DNA of 63,793 nucleotides, filler included, from Intoshia linei (Eukaryota; Animalia; Orthonectida): assembly GCA_001642005.1 (NCBI GenBank). It is 4 parts of 4 records of this genome, joined end to end, with 100 filler letters (N's around TTAATTAATTAA, not from the genome) between each part and the next. Parts side by side here need not be neighbours in the genome. Positions count along the whole stretch, not along the records: positions 34,831 to 59,238 come from LWCA01000536.1; 3 more parts are not named here. One strand, 5' to 3'. The notes beneath the pieces are model-generated. The model made no database searches. It was given only the letters and a program-made list of their open reading frames with translations, and was not told the DNA's origin. A program made the position numbers and the translations under genes. Shown piece by piece: positions 38,415-52,400 of this stretch. Each line of letters opens with the position of its first letter. The stretch's first letter is position 1.

Positions 38415-40599
38415 ATGTACAATGGAATTGGATTACCTACACCACGCGGAGTAATATTTATTGTTTAAATTTAAGTGGCTTCTTGATTTAATTTTAAAGT
38501 TTTTGAATTGTACAGTTTCTTTGAATTCAAATTATTTAAAATATAAGATGATTTTTAGTCTGGAACATCTGGACATATTACGCGCAATCTTTCTAGTGTG
38601 AGCGACAAACTTAAAGAATTTCGCATGTATGACAATGTTTTGCCTTTAGACAGCCACGTTCAGTATAAAGTACCGAATAAGGACATTTTAATTCATGAAA
38701 AAAAACGAAAAATTGAATCAAAGTGTTTAGAATATGAAGAACAGATGGAGGAACAGGGGTACTTGTCATTATTTTATATTTGATTTTATTTGTTAGATAT
38801 TCTGAGGATCACATTCAAACCAAATTAGTTAGTTTTAGAAAATTATTAGAGGAAGATGATTCACTGTACAGTAAAATACATGGTCAACAAAGACACGTTA
38901 AATCGTAATATTTAATTTTATTATTTTTTCAAAAATCTATTGGCATAGTCTTAATTCACTAGTAATTTGGTTGATTTCTTTTAATTTTCTTAAAAACGTT
39001 GTATTAGGGAGGGTTATATCAAAATTAGCTGTTTCATTTAACTTGCCAGATTTTTTATCTCAAACCTTAAATGCGAATTTATTGAAGTTTTCCTTTAAAA
39101 ATATTCACTCTGATTTAAAATTTGTTTGTGATAAAATCTGTTTGTGATTTTTTTATTTTAATAATAATTACTTTGCATCTATTAATTTATTATTAGATAA
39201 AATTAAATTTAGACATGATACTCGGACGGTAAGTGATAAATTAACCAAAAATGATTTATTGAAACGAGCCTTGAACATTAAAGAAAATTTTGTTGATGGA
39301 AGTTCTTTGAATATTATTGCTGGTAATAAGGAAGCAGCAGCTCAAATTAACAAACAAATAGAACCGTAAGATTCAAAATTATGTCTTAAATCTTAATTTC
39401 TGAATGTCAGTGTACCTCTACGTCATCGGTTCTTAATTTGGTGGTGCCAAATTATTTTTTCAGGTTCCATAAATTTTTTTATATTAATATCACAAAATTT
39501 ATAAATATTTCTTGTATTATCATATTTGTTATGTTTTATGAATTGATATTATATTAACGGCAGATGCCTAATTGACATTCAGATTATATTATTAATAATT
39601 ACACAACTGAATTTTAATTTAATTTAATTTAGAAAAATTAACAGAGATAACACCAATTATGCCAAAGATCAAATGTACTTTTACTTATATTTTGTATTTT
39701 ACATTTTTAGACGCAGAATAGAAAAAAACAAACAAAAACTTCACGACAAAGAAAAAATAAAACGGTAATTTATATTACAATTTTATTTTTTTAAATGTAT
39801 TTATAGAAAACGCTCTACATCTTCTGAAGAATCAAGCGAATCTACAGCAAGATTTGTTAATAACTCTAAAAAGAAATCAAATATTGTTATCAATGTACGC
39901 CCTGAAAACAGCGATCCCATGCCACCTCGATATGATCAAGTTTGTATAAAGGAAAAGCACCGTAAGAATGTTGAGAAGTCAGATATAATCAGTCCTCCCA
40001 GTAAAAGCAAAATTACATATTCGGAATATCAGAGCCCCAAACGACGTCGGCTTCCTAGTTTACCAAAGAAATTAAACGTGGAATATTCTGAAGAATCTAG
40101 TGATTCTTCAGAATATCAAGAAGACAGACACAGAAAGGATAAAAATCTACACAGAAGAGATCGAAATATTCGAAAATACAAAGAATCATCTAATCGAAGA
40201 GACCGAAAACGGTATCGACAGAAACATAGACATTGTTCTTCAGACTCTTCTAGTAATGATTCCATTTCATCGGGGGAAGTGCATTCTAGAAAAAAGCGAT
40301 CAATCACTCCGAGAAAAAAATCTTACCGTTATAATGAATCTTCCAAATATGACAGAGAAAGAGTTCAGCGAAATTACTCGAGACACAGTAAGTATGACAA
40401 AAGACAAAGATATTATTCACCTCATGACAGAAAGAGAAGAGACTCTATAAAAAAACACAAATATTCAAGCGAGTCAGATTCGTGTATTGATTCACCAAAA
40501 TCACATAAAAAACTAAAAACTCGACATTATGACAAATATTTACGTAGTGGTTCACGAGAAAAACGTCACAGGCATAATACAAAGAGTTCAAAGTATTAA
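38415..40599 (+). CDS. SRRM2: SRRM2/CWC21 splicing factor with an RS-rich C-terminus
   Basis: MYNGIGLPTPRG|SGTSGHITRNLS, cwf21 motif ILIHEKKRKIESKCLEYEEQMEEQG and an R/S/D/K-rich final exon. Confidence 0.9.
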
Positions 40600-41788
40600 G
40601 TGTTTGATATCGTGGTTTAAACATTAATATATTAAATATTTGTAGTTATTTTTTCAATACAACATAATTTGTAGACTTGTTTCTTAAGTATTTTGATCAT
40701 TTAAAATTTTCTTAACTGCCATCCGCCTAATTTTCAGGGTCAGCGAAATATCGACCCGAAGTTATATATGATAGAAACGCACAATTATAAAAATATTTAT
40801 TTGGCTGTAAAATTTTAACGCACTTTTGTATACTGTTATATACTGTCCACTATAAGCGGATTTTTGTCCCTTATCTGTCCCATCCATCTGTGATTTATAT
40901 ACAAAACAAGCGTTTGATTCCGTTCCTAGCTTTTTGTCCCTTATGTCCGGACGTCTCTTATAAGCGGATTCCACTGTATTATAATTTACTTATAATCTTA
41001 AAACTCATTAAATTACTGTTATAACTATGGCAGTTGTTTATGGCAAAATGCCATTTTTTATATGATAATCAGCAGAAAATTACAAGCATCATAATATCAA
41101 TATTATTTTTATTAAAAATAGTTTTTGAAAATGAGAACTAATGCCGGCAGATGAATCTGATTTATTTTAACGATCTATCATTTAAAATTTCTGAAGTGCA
41201 TATATTTTCCTGTAATTATAATTATCTTTCAAATTTTGATTATAATAAAAATTATTAATTATTGCATTCGACGGAACCTTTATTAAAAAACTTTGAGAAC
41301 GATTGTGATACTACACATTTTGAAAAATATACATATATTAAATGTATATACTATACCATGTGCCTCTATTTTGATATTTATTTTTTAGTGCACCGCGAAC
41401 ATAAAAAGTTTGAGAAGAACTGCTCTAGAACATTCTTCATTTAAAAAAGGGTATTTTAGGGTTTTGACCATGAATATGTAAGTTTCTTATGTAGACATTT
41501 GCGATAATGTTAATGATCGTAAAATTGGTCCCAAGATTTTTTAATTAAACGGTAACTGACAGACACGTAAATCCTTTAATTTTTTTATGAAGTTATGATT
41601 TTAAATGAGAAAAGATTGAATGGATAGGACAAGTACTGTATAAAAGCTCCAACAATTTGTGCTATCATGACCAATTTTTTTCTATTCACATTGTATTATG
41701 TATAATATTAAAAACATAGTAATTATTAATCTTCTAATGTGACTGGAATACAATTATTTTTTGAGGATAATAAATACATTTTAACTTA

Positions 41789-42667
41789 TATAATATGCTA
41801 CGCGATTTTTGTTTGTGTGTGTCCGTGTTACGCTTTATTTACATAACTAACCGTATAAGAATTTTATAAAGACCACAATTCAATTACAGTTTTTTCCGGG
41901 ACGTATAATAAGATAAATTTCAACCTCCCAATTTTACATCTTACGGGTCAAAAACCCCAGTTATCCTTCTTTTTGAAAATCAAACGAGTTGGAGAGTTTA
42001 AAAAAATATATACGCTGATGCAGATTTTAAAATCATAAATTTAAATTTAAAAAAATTATATCCTTAGGGCCAAAACCCCAAATTACCTTTCTTTTTTTAA
42101 TGAAAACAGCCCTAGAATTTCAAAAAATTTACAGGTGGTACAGTTGTATCTTGTTAACACACACAAAAAATTTCAATCTGAATAAGTGAGGCCTTCACGG
42201 TCAAAAAAGTATTTTAGTTTTCATACATTTTTTTTACGAAATATTTTATTAAAATAAAATGGCCAGAAATATAATTATTGATACATAATTGGTTTTTAAG
42301 TATTTATTTAATTGGTACTGAATATATATCATCACATTAAAAATGACAAAATAGGTTTTTATAATTTTATTTTTTTTAAAATTTATGCTATTTATGACAA
42401 TTTTTAGGATTGGCTGTTTTTACTTTATTTTTAAATGTTAACAAAAAAATTAAGATGGAATAATTCACTTTAAAGTAAAAAGTAATTGATATGAAGTGGT
42501 TTATCCTGAAACAAATTTGGGAACCACTCCTTTAAAGGATTTATAACAGTGAATAGAATGATTTTTAAGTTAGATTTTCACCATGAATTTATTTTTTTGG
42601 TAGAATAAAAATGTGCCCTCAGCAGAGCTAGGTGCTGTTTGTACATAGTACATAACAGTCAACCTAG
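41789..42667 (+). mobile_element. Family A Helitron-like copy with both ends and an internal deletion
   Basis: 5' atataatatgct plus a gtgt tract. 3' hairpin ctgtttgtac-ata-gtacataacag, then aacCTAG|t. No TSD or TIR seen. Confidence 0.65.
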
Positions 42668-44839
42668 TGGTTTTATATAATTCTCAGATATTTTATTCTT
42701 GTAAAAATGCATAAAGTTAATTAAATGTTCAATTTCACATCGCAGATTTTATTTGAATTTATACCAAACAATTTACTTTTAAAATTTAGTTTACTTATCT
42801 ATCCCCTTCAAGTAACCCTTATTCAGTGTTCACTGGTAATCATGATAATCTTTAATAAGTTAAAGAAATTATTTAAATATAGTTTATCATTAATTTAAAC
42901 ATTTATTAACCTGTGTTATTGTGTTAATTCAATTAAACTAGAAATCATACCAAGCATTAAACAGACCAAGGAAAATAAAAAAATTAAGTAATTTCAAAAT
43001 ATATCGTAGAATCACAATTTAAAAACGAATAATTGCAGCTGAGGTATAATTATTTTCATCGATAACGGTTGTTTAATTATAAACTTGATTTAAATGACAT
43101 TGAGTGATAAGTCAAATATGAATGTGGTAATTAAGTGTACAAGTGTTGAGTGTGATGAACGTAACAGAAAAATGTCAAGCATGTACTGAATGGAGAATTC
43201 CAAATTAGTTACAAAAATCTTCAATGGATTCATAGGCTACAATGAAATAAGCAAACGCATAATTCAATTAAATATCACTCGAGAGGAATTGAATTTATTA
43301 TAATTACAATAATTTATATAAATTTACATTTATTATTTGCAAATTATAGTAAATCAATTTGGACATTTTTTAAATCTAATTATTACAAATCAAATTATAC
43401 AAATCCAATACTAGTTCAGTTTAATTACAGGGATATCCTTAATTTATCAATACATTACAAACTTATTAACATTTCATTCAATAAATACATTGACGTAAAA
43501 ATTATCAAATGAGTATAAATTATAGAAAATTATTATATAATCGATAAATTGTAATTGATTTACTAAACCAACATTTAATCTATATTTAATTTTATTTATT
43601 TTATATTGAAAAGAGGTATTTTTTAATGTTTTATTTTTACATTTGGTTTGTTAAGTTTATAAATTGTTACTTTATTAATGTTTTAAGATTCATGATTCAG
43701 GTTAATTTTTTTGTTTGTAGATTTTGGCTTTCAGCTTTCAGCGCATTGTTAATGTTATTGTTATAAAAGCCAGTCGCGAGATATTTTAATTAGTGCGACC
43801 AAAATTAAATTTTAATTTTAAATTAATCAGAATTCAATCCTATGATGGGTGGAACCAGAGTAAAAATATAATTACAATCTACATAAAACAAATGTTAATT
43901 AAAATATGTAGAACTAAATTATTTAGTTGATTAATAGATTAGAAGTAGTGAGTAGTAACAGTCTCCCTGCTAAACGCCCCACTAAATAATGTAAGGGTAC
44001 ATTCTATAGCAACGTTTCAAACGTTATTTTAATATGATGCGTAAAGAGACAACGTTAATAAGAATCTATTATTTAAATAAGTAAGTTAATGTTTTTATTA
44101 TTGCAAATATCAGAGCAAGGATTCTTAACTGGTGTTCCGCAAAGAAATTTGACATTATTTTATAAATTTAAAAAAAATTTGTGTCAAACTTTTACTTTGA
44201 AAATTCTTTGATGAACATTTTGGGATATACTATTTAATATAATTGCTCGCTAATTTTTAATCACGGAATTTTTTATAATTAATGTATACATTAAAACAGT
44301 GGTTCCCGATTGAGAAAAATTTTGATCAACTTTTGTTTATCTTTATAGGAGAATTTACCAACCCTTAAGATAAAAATACCGTTTTTCCTTAAATATTTAT
44401 TCGAAAAACACAATTTAACCAAATTTTATGAGCAAAACTTTTTATTCCAACCACAAGATAAAACTACAATATTACCAACGCTTAATGGAAATATTTTTTT
44501 TTTCCAATATTATTTTGAAAAACACGATTTTACTAAATATTATGATGAAAAAAATTTTTTTTTTTAATCAACGTTTTATATTTCATGTTTCCATTGGGGT
44601 CCAACAAAATAAATATTCTGAAATGGGATTCTATTTGTTCAATGGACATTTAGACGAAATAGTTTAATGATTTTGAAACATTTACGTTAGATTTTACTGT
44701 ATGAGTATCTTAAGGGTATTTGTGGAGTGGAGTGGTAGCTACCGAAAATATATGTGCTGTGTACAATAAGAATCTTTTAAACTTTACAAAAAGTAAAAAA
44801 TGGTTTAAAAGATTTCGATATTAAAACTAGGCCCTAATG

Positions 44840-45134
44840 CAGTGATGAGCAAAGTGTCCCACTCAGTGAGACTATACCAGGGGTGTACAACCTTTCCACC
44901 AATTCAGCCACAATGCTACTTTTCTCATTGGTGCCTCGGCCGCTAAGTTGAAAACGTATCACTGAAACGTCTCTGCACCTTTATCTTCACATTGCCTAAC
45001 ACCTCAGGCCGTTTTCAGACGGAATTTAATTATTTCAAATTGTAAATATATAAAATTTCAACTTTTCAAAGATACCGAATAAACTTGGTTACCCGTAACA
45101 GCAACACTATTTTTTTAAAGTTTGCTTATCACTG
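44840..45134. mobile_element. hAT MITE
   Basis: TIRs cagtgatgagcaaa / tttgcttatcactg with a perfect 8-bp TSD ccctaatg. Confidence 0.88.
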
Positions 45135-45399
45135 CCCTAATGGATCTCCAACGTTCTTGTTGACCTTCAACTGTTGTTATTGAACAAAAAATGTCAATTG
45201 AAGAAATCTCCAATTCTAATATAAATATCTAGCCAATATTGCCAGCTATTCAAACACCAGTGCCTTTAATTGATTAAAACGTTTACAAAAAATTAATAAA
45301 TCTAGGATATGGGTTCCTCACTTATTACCTAACCAGAAAAAATTAAATACAATTTATATGTGTTTATCTTTATTAAATCATCTCAAGAAAGAATAATTT

Positions 45400-45875
45400 T
45401 TGAAATATACTATCACTAAAGATGAAGTGTGAAATAATAAACTAAAAAATAATGCTTATCACCTGAACAAACACCCGCATATACCGATAACCCTGTCATA
45501 CATGGAAAAGAGGTAATCTTTAATATATGGTGGGATATGAAGCAAGTGTTATCTTAAGGGTAAAATAATTTTGTAACATGACAATTCCAGATCATATATA
45601 TACTTCCAAAAAGACTCGTCAGTTGCTTAAGGACTTAAATCATTAAATATTACAGCACCCATTATATTCACCAGTTCTTGATTCATCAGACGACCACCTT
45701 TTCAAATACATGACTAATCGTTACCACGACAAAAACAAGTTGAATTGAAGAATTATAAATGATAGATTACTTTTTGGCAAATAAAACCCTGACTTTTTTT
45801 TAAAATGGAATTAATAATTAAGCTACCGGAATGTTGGAGAAAATAATTCAATGTAATGGAGAATATTTTATAGAA
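45400..45875 (+). pseudogene. mariner transposase remnant
   Basis: Fragments HGKEVIFNIWWDMK, HDNSR, LQHPLYSPVLDSSDDHLF and KLPECWRKIIQCNGEYF with stops and frameshifts. Confidence 0.8.
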
Positions 45876-46289
45876 ACATAATTATTTTGTGCGTCAAATT
45901 TAAACTGCCAATTCAGACCTGTGGGAGGAGTGTTTATTGTTATATGGTATTATGTATGGTCGCGAAATTTTTTTAGAGGTCATCGAGCATGATATGTTCG
46001 GCTCGTGTCGATATATCCTTAATTATATAAAAATATTAAAATTCATTAGGTTAATTCGTATGGGGTTTTAACTTTTATTGATGTGGTATAACTAAATGAT
46101 TCATGAACCGAATTAACCAAGGCTTACTTGTATAATTTATATTTAATATATTTACAAATTATTTCTTTTTCGGATTCCTGGGATGACATATTGCAAATGA
46201 TGTCAACGACGAGAAGTGTCGCGACCTTGTCCTAGATAAATTGTAATTGTAAAGTAAAAATTTGACTAGTCGTTACAATTTATATAAAG

Positions 46290-46512
46290 AGCGGTTCTCA
46301 AATGGGGGTACCAGTTCGTCTCATCATATGACTCACACTTTATGATTTATAAATTATAAATATTTTTAAAATTTTATAATACATTTTATTTGATTTTTTT
46401 TAATTCACATGGTATCACAGTTACAATAAATAGAAACTATTATGGGGTATTAAATTATTTTTTTTTAGTTTAGGGGTACCAACTGTTTGTTTAAGTTTGT
46501 TGAGAACCGCTG
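46290..46512. mobile_element. hAT MITE
   Basis: agcggttctcaa / ttgagaaccgctg, with atataaag on both flanks. Confidence 0.75.
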
Positions 46513-47034
46513 ATATAAAGGTTATAATACACGTACAATAAAATATATACACAATAACACAAACACAACACAAATATATATATATATATATACAATACAA
46601 TAAACACGATACGTGTGTAAAATATAATTTATATTTTTGGGCGGTATGACAAGACAGTTTTGTTACTTTTGAATTGATTAAAATGATTAAATTATAGGTA
46701 AATGTCTTTGCGCCCTTTTATGGTCCTTTTCTATAATAGTACACACAAAAAAATTTTGAAAATTATAAAAAATCAAATTTTGAGATTAATTTTTTACTAA
46801 ACCCTAAAGGGGAGAAATTTTAAGATATTCTTTAAAGTGACACCAGTGGAAACGAAAATATTTAAAATATAATTTTGAGACGGAATTATGAATAGTCGGT
46901 ACAGTAGGTTTATTATCATTAATATTAAATAATAACAATATCCAAAAACTCTTTTAAATAAAGGGTTAATAATAATCTAACATTTTCCCTTGAAGCGTTT
47001 GATTAAAAAAATAACCTAAAAATTCACTTTAGAT

Positions 47035-47373
47035 CAGCGTTTCCCAAATGCCGAAATCCAAATAAAAATTTTTTACGAATTAGAAGTCAAGTTATTACTT
47101 TTTTATCAAAGTTTTTTTAACGTTGCCTAGTAATTTCGCTTTAATGTAAAGTGGCCAGAAAAAATACGTACTATCAATTTTAATTTATTTGGTGATAAAT
47201 GTAAAGCCAAAACTACTTATTGTTGAAGAAGAATAAAAATTTTCGGCTTAAAATTTATTCGATATTAAACTAAAAGTGATAGTAGGTATTTTTCTGGTCA
47301 CTTTATTTAATGGTCCGCGGTTACTTTTATAATTTATTACCCGTCCACCGTGAATAAAGTGTGGGAATTCCTG
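47035..47373. mobile_element. hAT MITE carrying a nested TA-MITE (47149-47303)
   Basis: TSD ctttagat/ctttagac. Inverted relative of 17209-17390. The nested element matches 30902-31056. Confidence 0.8.
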
Positions 47374-49474
47374 CTTTAGACAGTTTGGTAAAAATATGTT
47401 CATAAAATGAAATTTTAATTATTATGACAATTTAAATATATATATAAATCGAAATAAATATAGCTAAAATCATATTTTAACCAGTTAATAAATAAATATT
47501 GTTATTTTTTTCACATTCATTATAGACAGATTAGACCAATGGTTTCCAACCTGTGGGTAATTTGATATTTTTCATGAGTCATAGCGAAATTTGTAGTAAA
47601 ACAAATAGAAAATATTTTAAATTATAATTATATAGTGAATTAAATAAATTATGTTAAAATTTCATAATACAGTAAATTCTCCAAAGATGAACACCAAAAT
47701 ATCACTTTTGAACAAAATGTTCAATATAGAAAGAGATGAACAAATTATTTTTAATTTTAATTTATTTTTCTTATTTTTACTTAGTTTAAGATGTTCATTG
47801 ATTTTTTAAATTTTTTTACGAACTTTTAGAATTTTATTAACCGTACCAACGGTTATTTTATACTTTTCTTTGTGATATTTTAAAATTTTTATTGATTTCA
47901 CTATCATAATATTCTAATATTGTGTATTTTTCTTCATATGATAATTGAAATTAAAATTTGGCCCATTTCCTTTGAACTGAATAAATTAATTAAATGAATA
48001 TTGGATATAATAAATAAATAATTAATTAGGCGTTAGTTTAAATGCGTATGTAAAATATATATTAACGCAAAAAAATAACAAACCTTATACCATGCATAAT
48101 AAAACGAAAAATATAATAGTTTAATAGTCTAAATAGAACAATAGATAATGTGTATAACATTAAATACATATTTAGAGGGCTCAATTTACGTCGATATAAT
48201 TGTATGCATTTATACAATTTTAATTATGTTAAAATTTTACATTATAATTATATCTACGCTAATAGAGCATTTAAGCATGAATATTAAAGCTCCAAAATTA
48301 ATTATATTGAAAATTAGTTTAATTAGATTGGCGTCTAATATTCTCGTCAATCATTTGGATCATTGTAATGTATTTGATATACTAGATTTTTTAATTATGA
48401 TTAAATTATTGATTTTTATTATTAAAAATAAATTAGGTTTTATAATTTGTCAATTACATTTGTCTAATATATATATTTTCAATTTGTTTGCAATTTATTT
48501 TAAACTTTTACAATCTTGGATAAAAATTTCTAAATATTCAATATTGAAGATATATACATAAGAGGTAATTACATTTAAATTTTAAAATCAATAAAAAATC
48601 AATTAAATTTTTCAAAATCGTAGTTGTTTCATTTTTTAGTGTATTAAATTTCAAAATTTTAAAATTGTTTCAAATTTATATGAAAATTGTTTTATTTGAC
48701 AGTATGAGAAAAAAATTTGATTGAAATTTAACATTAAATTCACGGTTTAATTAGATGTACCAAATCGATATATATGTAGTAACGATAATTTAATAAAAAT
48801 AAAGCCACGCCCGTATCAATAATTTATTTATATCGATTTTAACTCAAAATTTACATCAAACTTGATGTTGGTACAGCATTTTAAATTAATTTTGTATAAT
48901 GTAATTATAAATACAATAAAAAATATTAGGCAACCATTTACTATACAAAATGTTAATGCATTTTAAATTAAATGGCTCATTTTCCATTAATTTTAATTAA
49001 GTTGAAATTAATTTATAATTAAATTTGCAATTAGTCTCTTGAGCTATACAGAACCATGTATTGTCGTAAACAAAAGTTTAGAGTATGAGAACATTTAGCA
49101 CAGTGTTGATTAAAAATAGTTATGCATAAATATTCACATTTCATTTCTACATTGTCCACAACTGTTTAATTTTTACAAATTATATATTTTATCAAAACAT
49201 GAAAATTGATAACAATTATGGTAATTGATTAAAATGCGTGCTACTAATGTCTAATTGTGTTGATTTAGATTTTCATTCGATAATTTTGTCTGTGCTAATT
49301 GTTTTATAATTTTATGTAATTCTTTTTTTTAAATATCGTTCAGTTATTATATTAACTTGTTGTACCTTGAAATTGGAAAAAGATTAATGTGCGAAAATCA
49401 TTTATAACAAATTGTTTAATATTTTTTAGATTATAATTTATTATCATTGTAATTTAGAACATAAAATCTCCAAA

Positions 49475-52400
49475 ATGTCTATACCAATTTCTCAAGATGC
49501 TAATATAACACACATTCAAAGGGATATACCAAAAATTGAAGATTCAATCAATAGCATGTCTCCAGTTATTAGCCAATTTGACAATAATCCGAAGAAATTT
49601 TCAATTCATAACATTCTTTGTTCTAAAAATCAAGGTAAATATATTTACATAAAATATGTTAATTACCATATATTTTAAATTCTAATTCCTTCAACGAAAT
49701 CTGGGACTAATTTGAGTCTGGTACAAAATTTGACAAAGTTTCAGAATTTCTTTGCAAATAAATATTCACTAATGGTATTTTAAATATAACAATGAAACAT
49801 CGGCGTCATTAAAAGGATAATTCGTTTTTGAGTAAAAAAAATTAACGCACTTTGAAATTTGACTAATACTCATGACATCCATTTAGTCTCGAGCCATTTT
49901 AATCTGAAATATTAAATGTAAAAGTTTTGTTAGTAAAGTGCAAAAATTTACAGACGCACACTGAATTTATATTATTTTTGAGTCATTGTGGTCTGCAATT
50001 TTTATTTTTAACGCATTATATTATCGATATGGATAGATAAGGATATTTTTGAGTAGAAAAATGGAATTTTAATAACATTTAATTGATCCGTGATTTTCAA
50101 ATTTTTTGCCTGTCGATAGACTGGAAACAAATAATGAACGAGAAGTACATGTAGAATTCTCTTACTCGAATATAGTGTATATGAAATGTATTGTTTTTGT
50201 CTTTAAAGTGACATTTTCGGATGTTTCTTGCAAAAATCAATCCAGATTGGTACTGAAAAAATGTGAAAATAGGTAGTTATAATATTGTCTTAATCTTTTA
50301 ATCACACCATGGTCTAACTTTTTTAGAACCATTTACTAACTTCATAGTTTAGTTACCAACTCCAATTAATATGGTTTTCATTAATATTTTTAGAAAATAA
50401 GTGCAAAGAATCAAAAAATAATAGAAAATTAGATGTTAATAAACGAGCTCACGGCATGTCTGACATGGAAATACCACTGAAAAAAGTAAAATCAAATCAA
50501 AATGCCAATGACTTAAAAACGGAGAAATACAATAAATTATCGGATCCTCAATTTTTTTCTAATTTACTTTCCAAACAATTGTACGAAAAAATGTTGCAAA
50601 ATAAGTCTCAATTACCAACTCATATTAACTCTAATCATGGTCAAAATTTCTCTTTTCCTTCATCAAATTCTGTAAACCAAACTAATTTTGAGCCATCAAT
50701 AGACGATCGAATGTTATTTTTAAGATCAATGGAAATTTATCAAAAACAAGAACTAATGAAAAAATTACTCCACTTTAACCAAAATGGTATTTTTTTAAAT
50801 AATCAACTTAGAATGAACTCTTCAAATTTTTTATCAAATTTTACTCCACGTTTAAATGAATCCATTCCTTCTGATTCTGGGCTAATGCAAATGCCTGTAC
50901 CACAATTTGATTGGTTAAATGATGAAAAACAGAAATTGATGGAAAAATTTCAAAAGGATTTTCAATTTAATAAACTTTTGTCAAAACACAATAACACTGA
51001 ATTGGAATCTGGACATTTGAATTCAGACGTTTTACTTGATGACAATGGACGTAAAGTACGTAGAGCTAGAACAACATTTTCAACTATACAGCTGCATTCC
51101 CTTGAAAATGCTTTCAAGCAGTCTCCCTATCCGGATGTTTCCTGCCGGGAAAGATTATCCAACGACTTGAATCTCAGTGAAGCACGAATTCAAGTAAATT
51201 TAATTATTAAAGCTATTTATTTTATTAATTGTGTCACATTCATTGTTTTTTTAATGAACTATTAATTGTGTGGTGTGAATAGATATATCAGTATAATTAA
51301 TGAGTAAGCTTTAATTTATGAATTAATTATTTTAATTAAACATGACAATACAATTAATGTCTTGTTATGGTTTATTCATTGTTAATGAGGCCGTGTTTTG
51401 TTTGTTTTTAATATGTTGCCGTTATTAATTGTATTTTTTTCTATTGTGTCTAATTATAATTCAATTTTTGTAGTTGATTTATTGAAATTATCAACATTTT
51501 ATATATCTATTATAATGTGTCATAAAGTTTTGATTACAAATTTATATGCATGAATAGAGTAAATTTTTTTAACGGAATTACCAATGATTTATGGCAGACA
51601 ATTTTTATTTTATATAAGAATACAAGAATTTACTAGAGAATATAAGTGATTAATTATTTTGTTTGTTTAATTGACAGTATTCGACTAATCCTCCGGAAGC
51701 ATTAGCTTTTGGTGTGTCATGTATTAATTATTAATTGTATTATCCAACAATAATCCGATTGTGATTTGTTTACGAAGGTATGAAATTTTTTATAATCATT
51801 ATGGCAAGTTTTTTAATAACCTAATGTCTAATTTTTTTTATATACCCTGCAGAAAAAAGTTTTCATATTAACAAATTAATATTTTAACGTAAAAAAAAGC
51901 TTTAAAAATTAGAATTTTGTTAGCCTGTTAAAATAGTTATTTCATAGAAAATAAGTTAATAAATACGAATAAATAACTAAATTTAAATTAATTTTATTTA
52001 ATCCAATATGAATTTATATAAATACACCAACACTAAAACGAGTTAATGGTGAATTTATTGTAATAAAAAAAATTACCAGGTAAATGATATATAAGTTTTT
52101 AGTTTTTTTAACGGCCTTTGTTCAGTTACATTTTTTAGAGGTTAAATCTTCTTTCTACATTTATTGAAATAGAAAGATCGAGTCTTGGTGTATGTAAAAG
52201 TGGAAATTTGTTTTATTCTGAATTTTTTATAGTGGAATACTTTTCATTTTCTCTTAGATGTTTTAATTTTACATGCATCTGAATTAAAAAGATGATTTTT
52301 GATTCCAGAGCTGAATAATGAAAAATACATCCTAAAAATTCCCACAAATAGTGAATAGTGGCACATAGCCACCTGATTACATTTTATTTCAGTACCTTTT

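Noticed and set aside
48148-48561. 137-aa Ile/Leu-rich ORF
   Set aside because: Composition is what AT-rich noncoding DNA produces. No motif or splice support.
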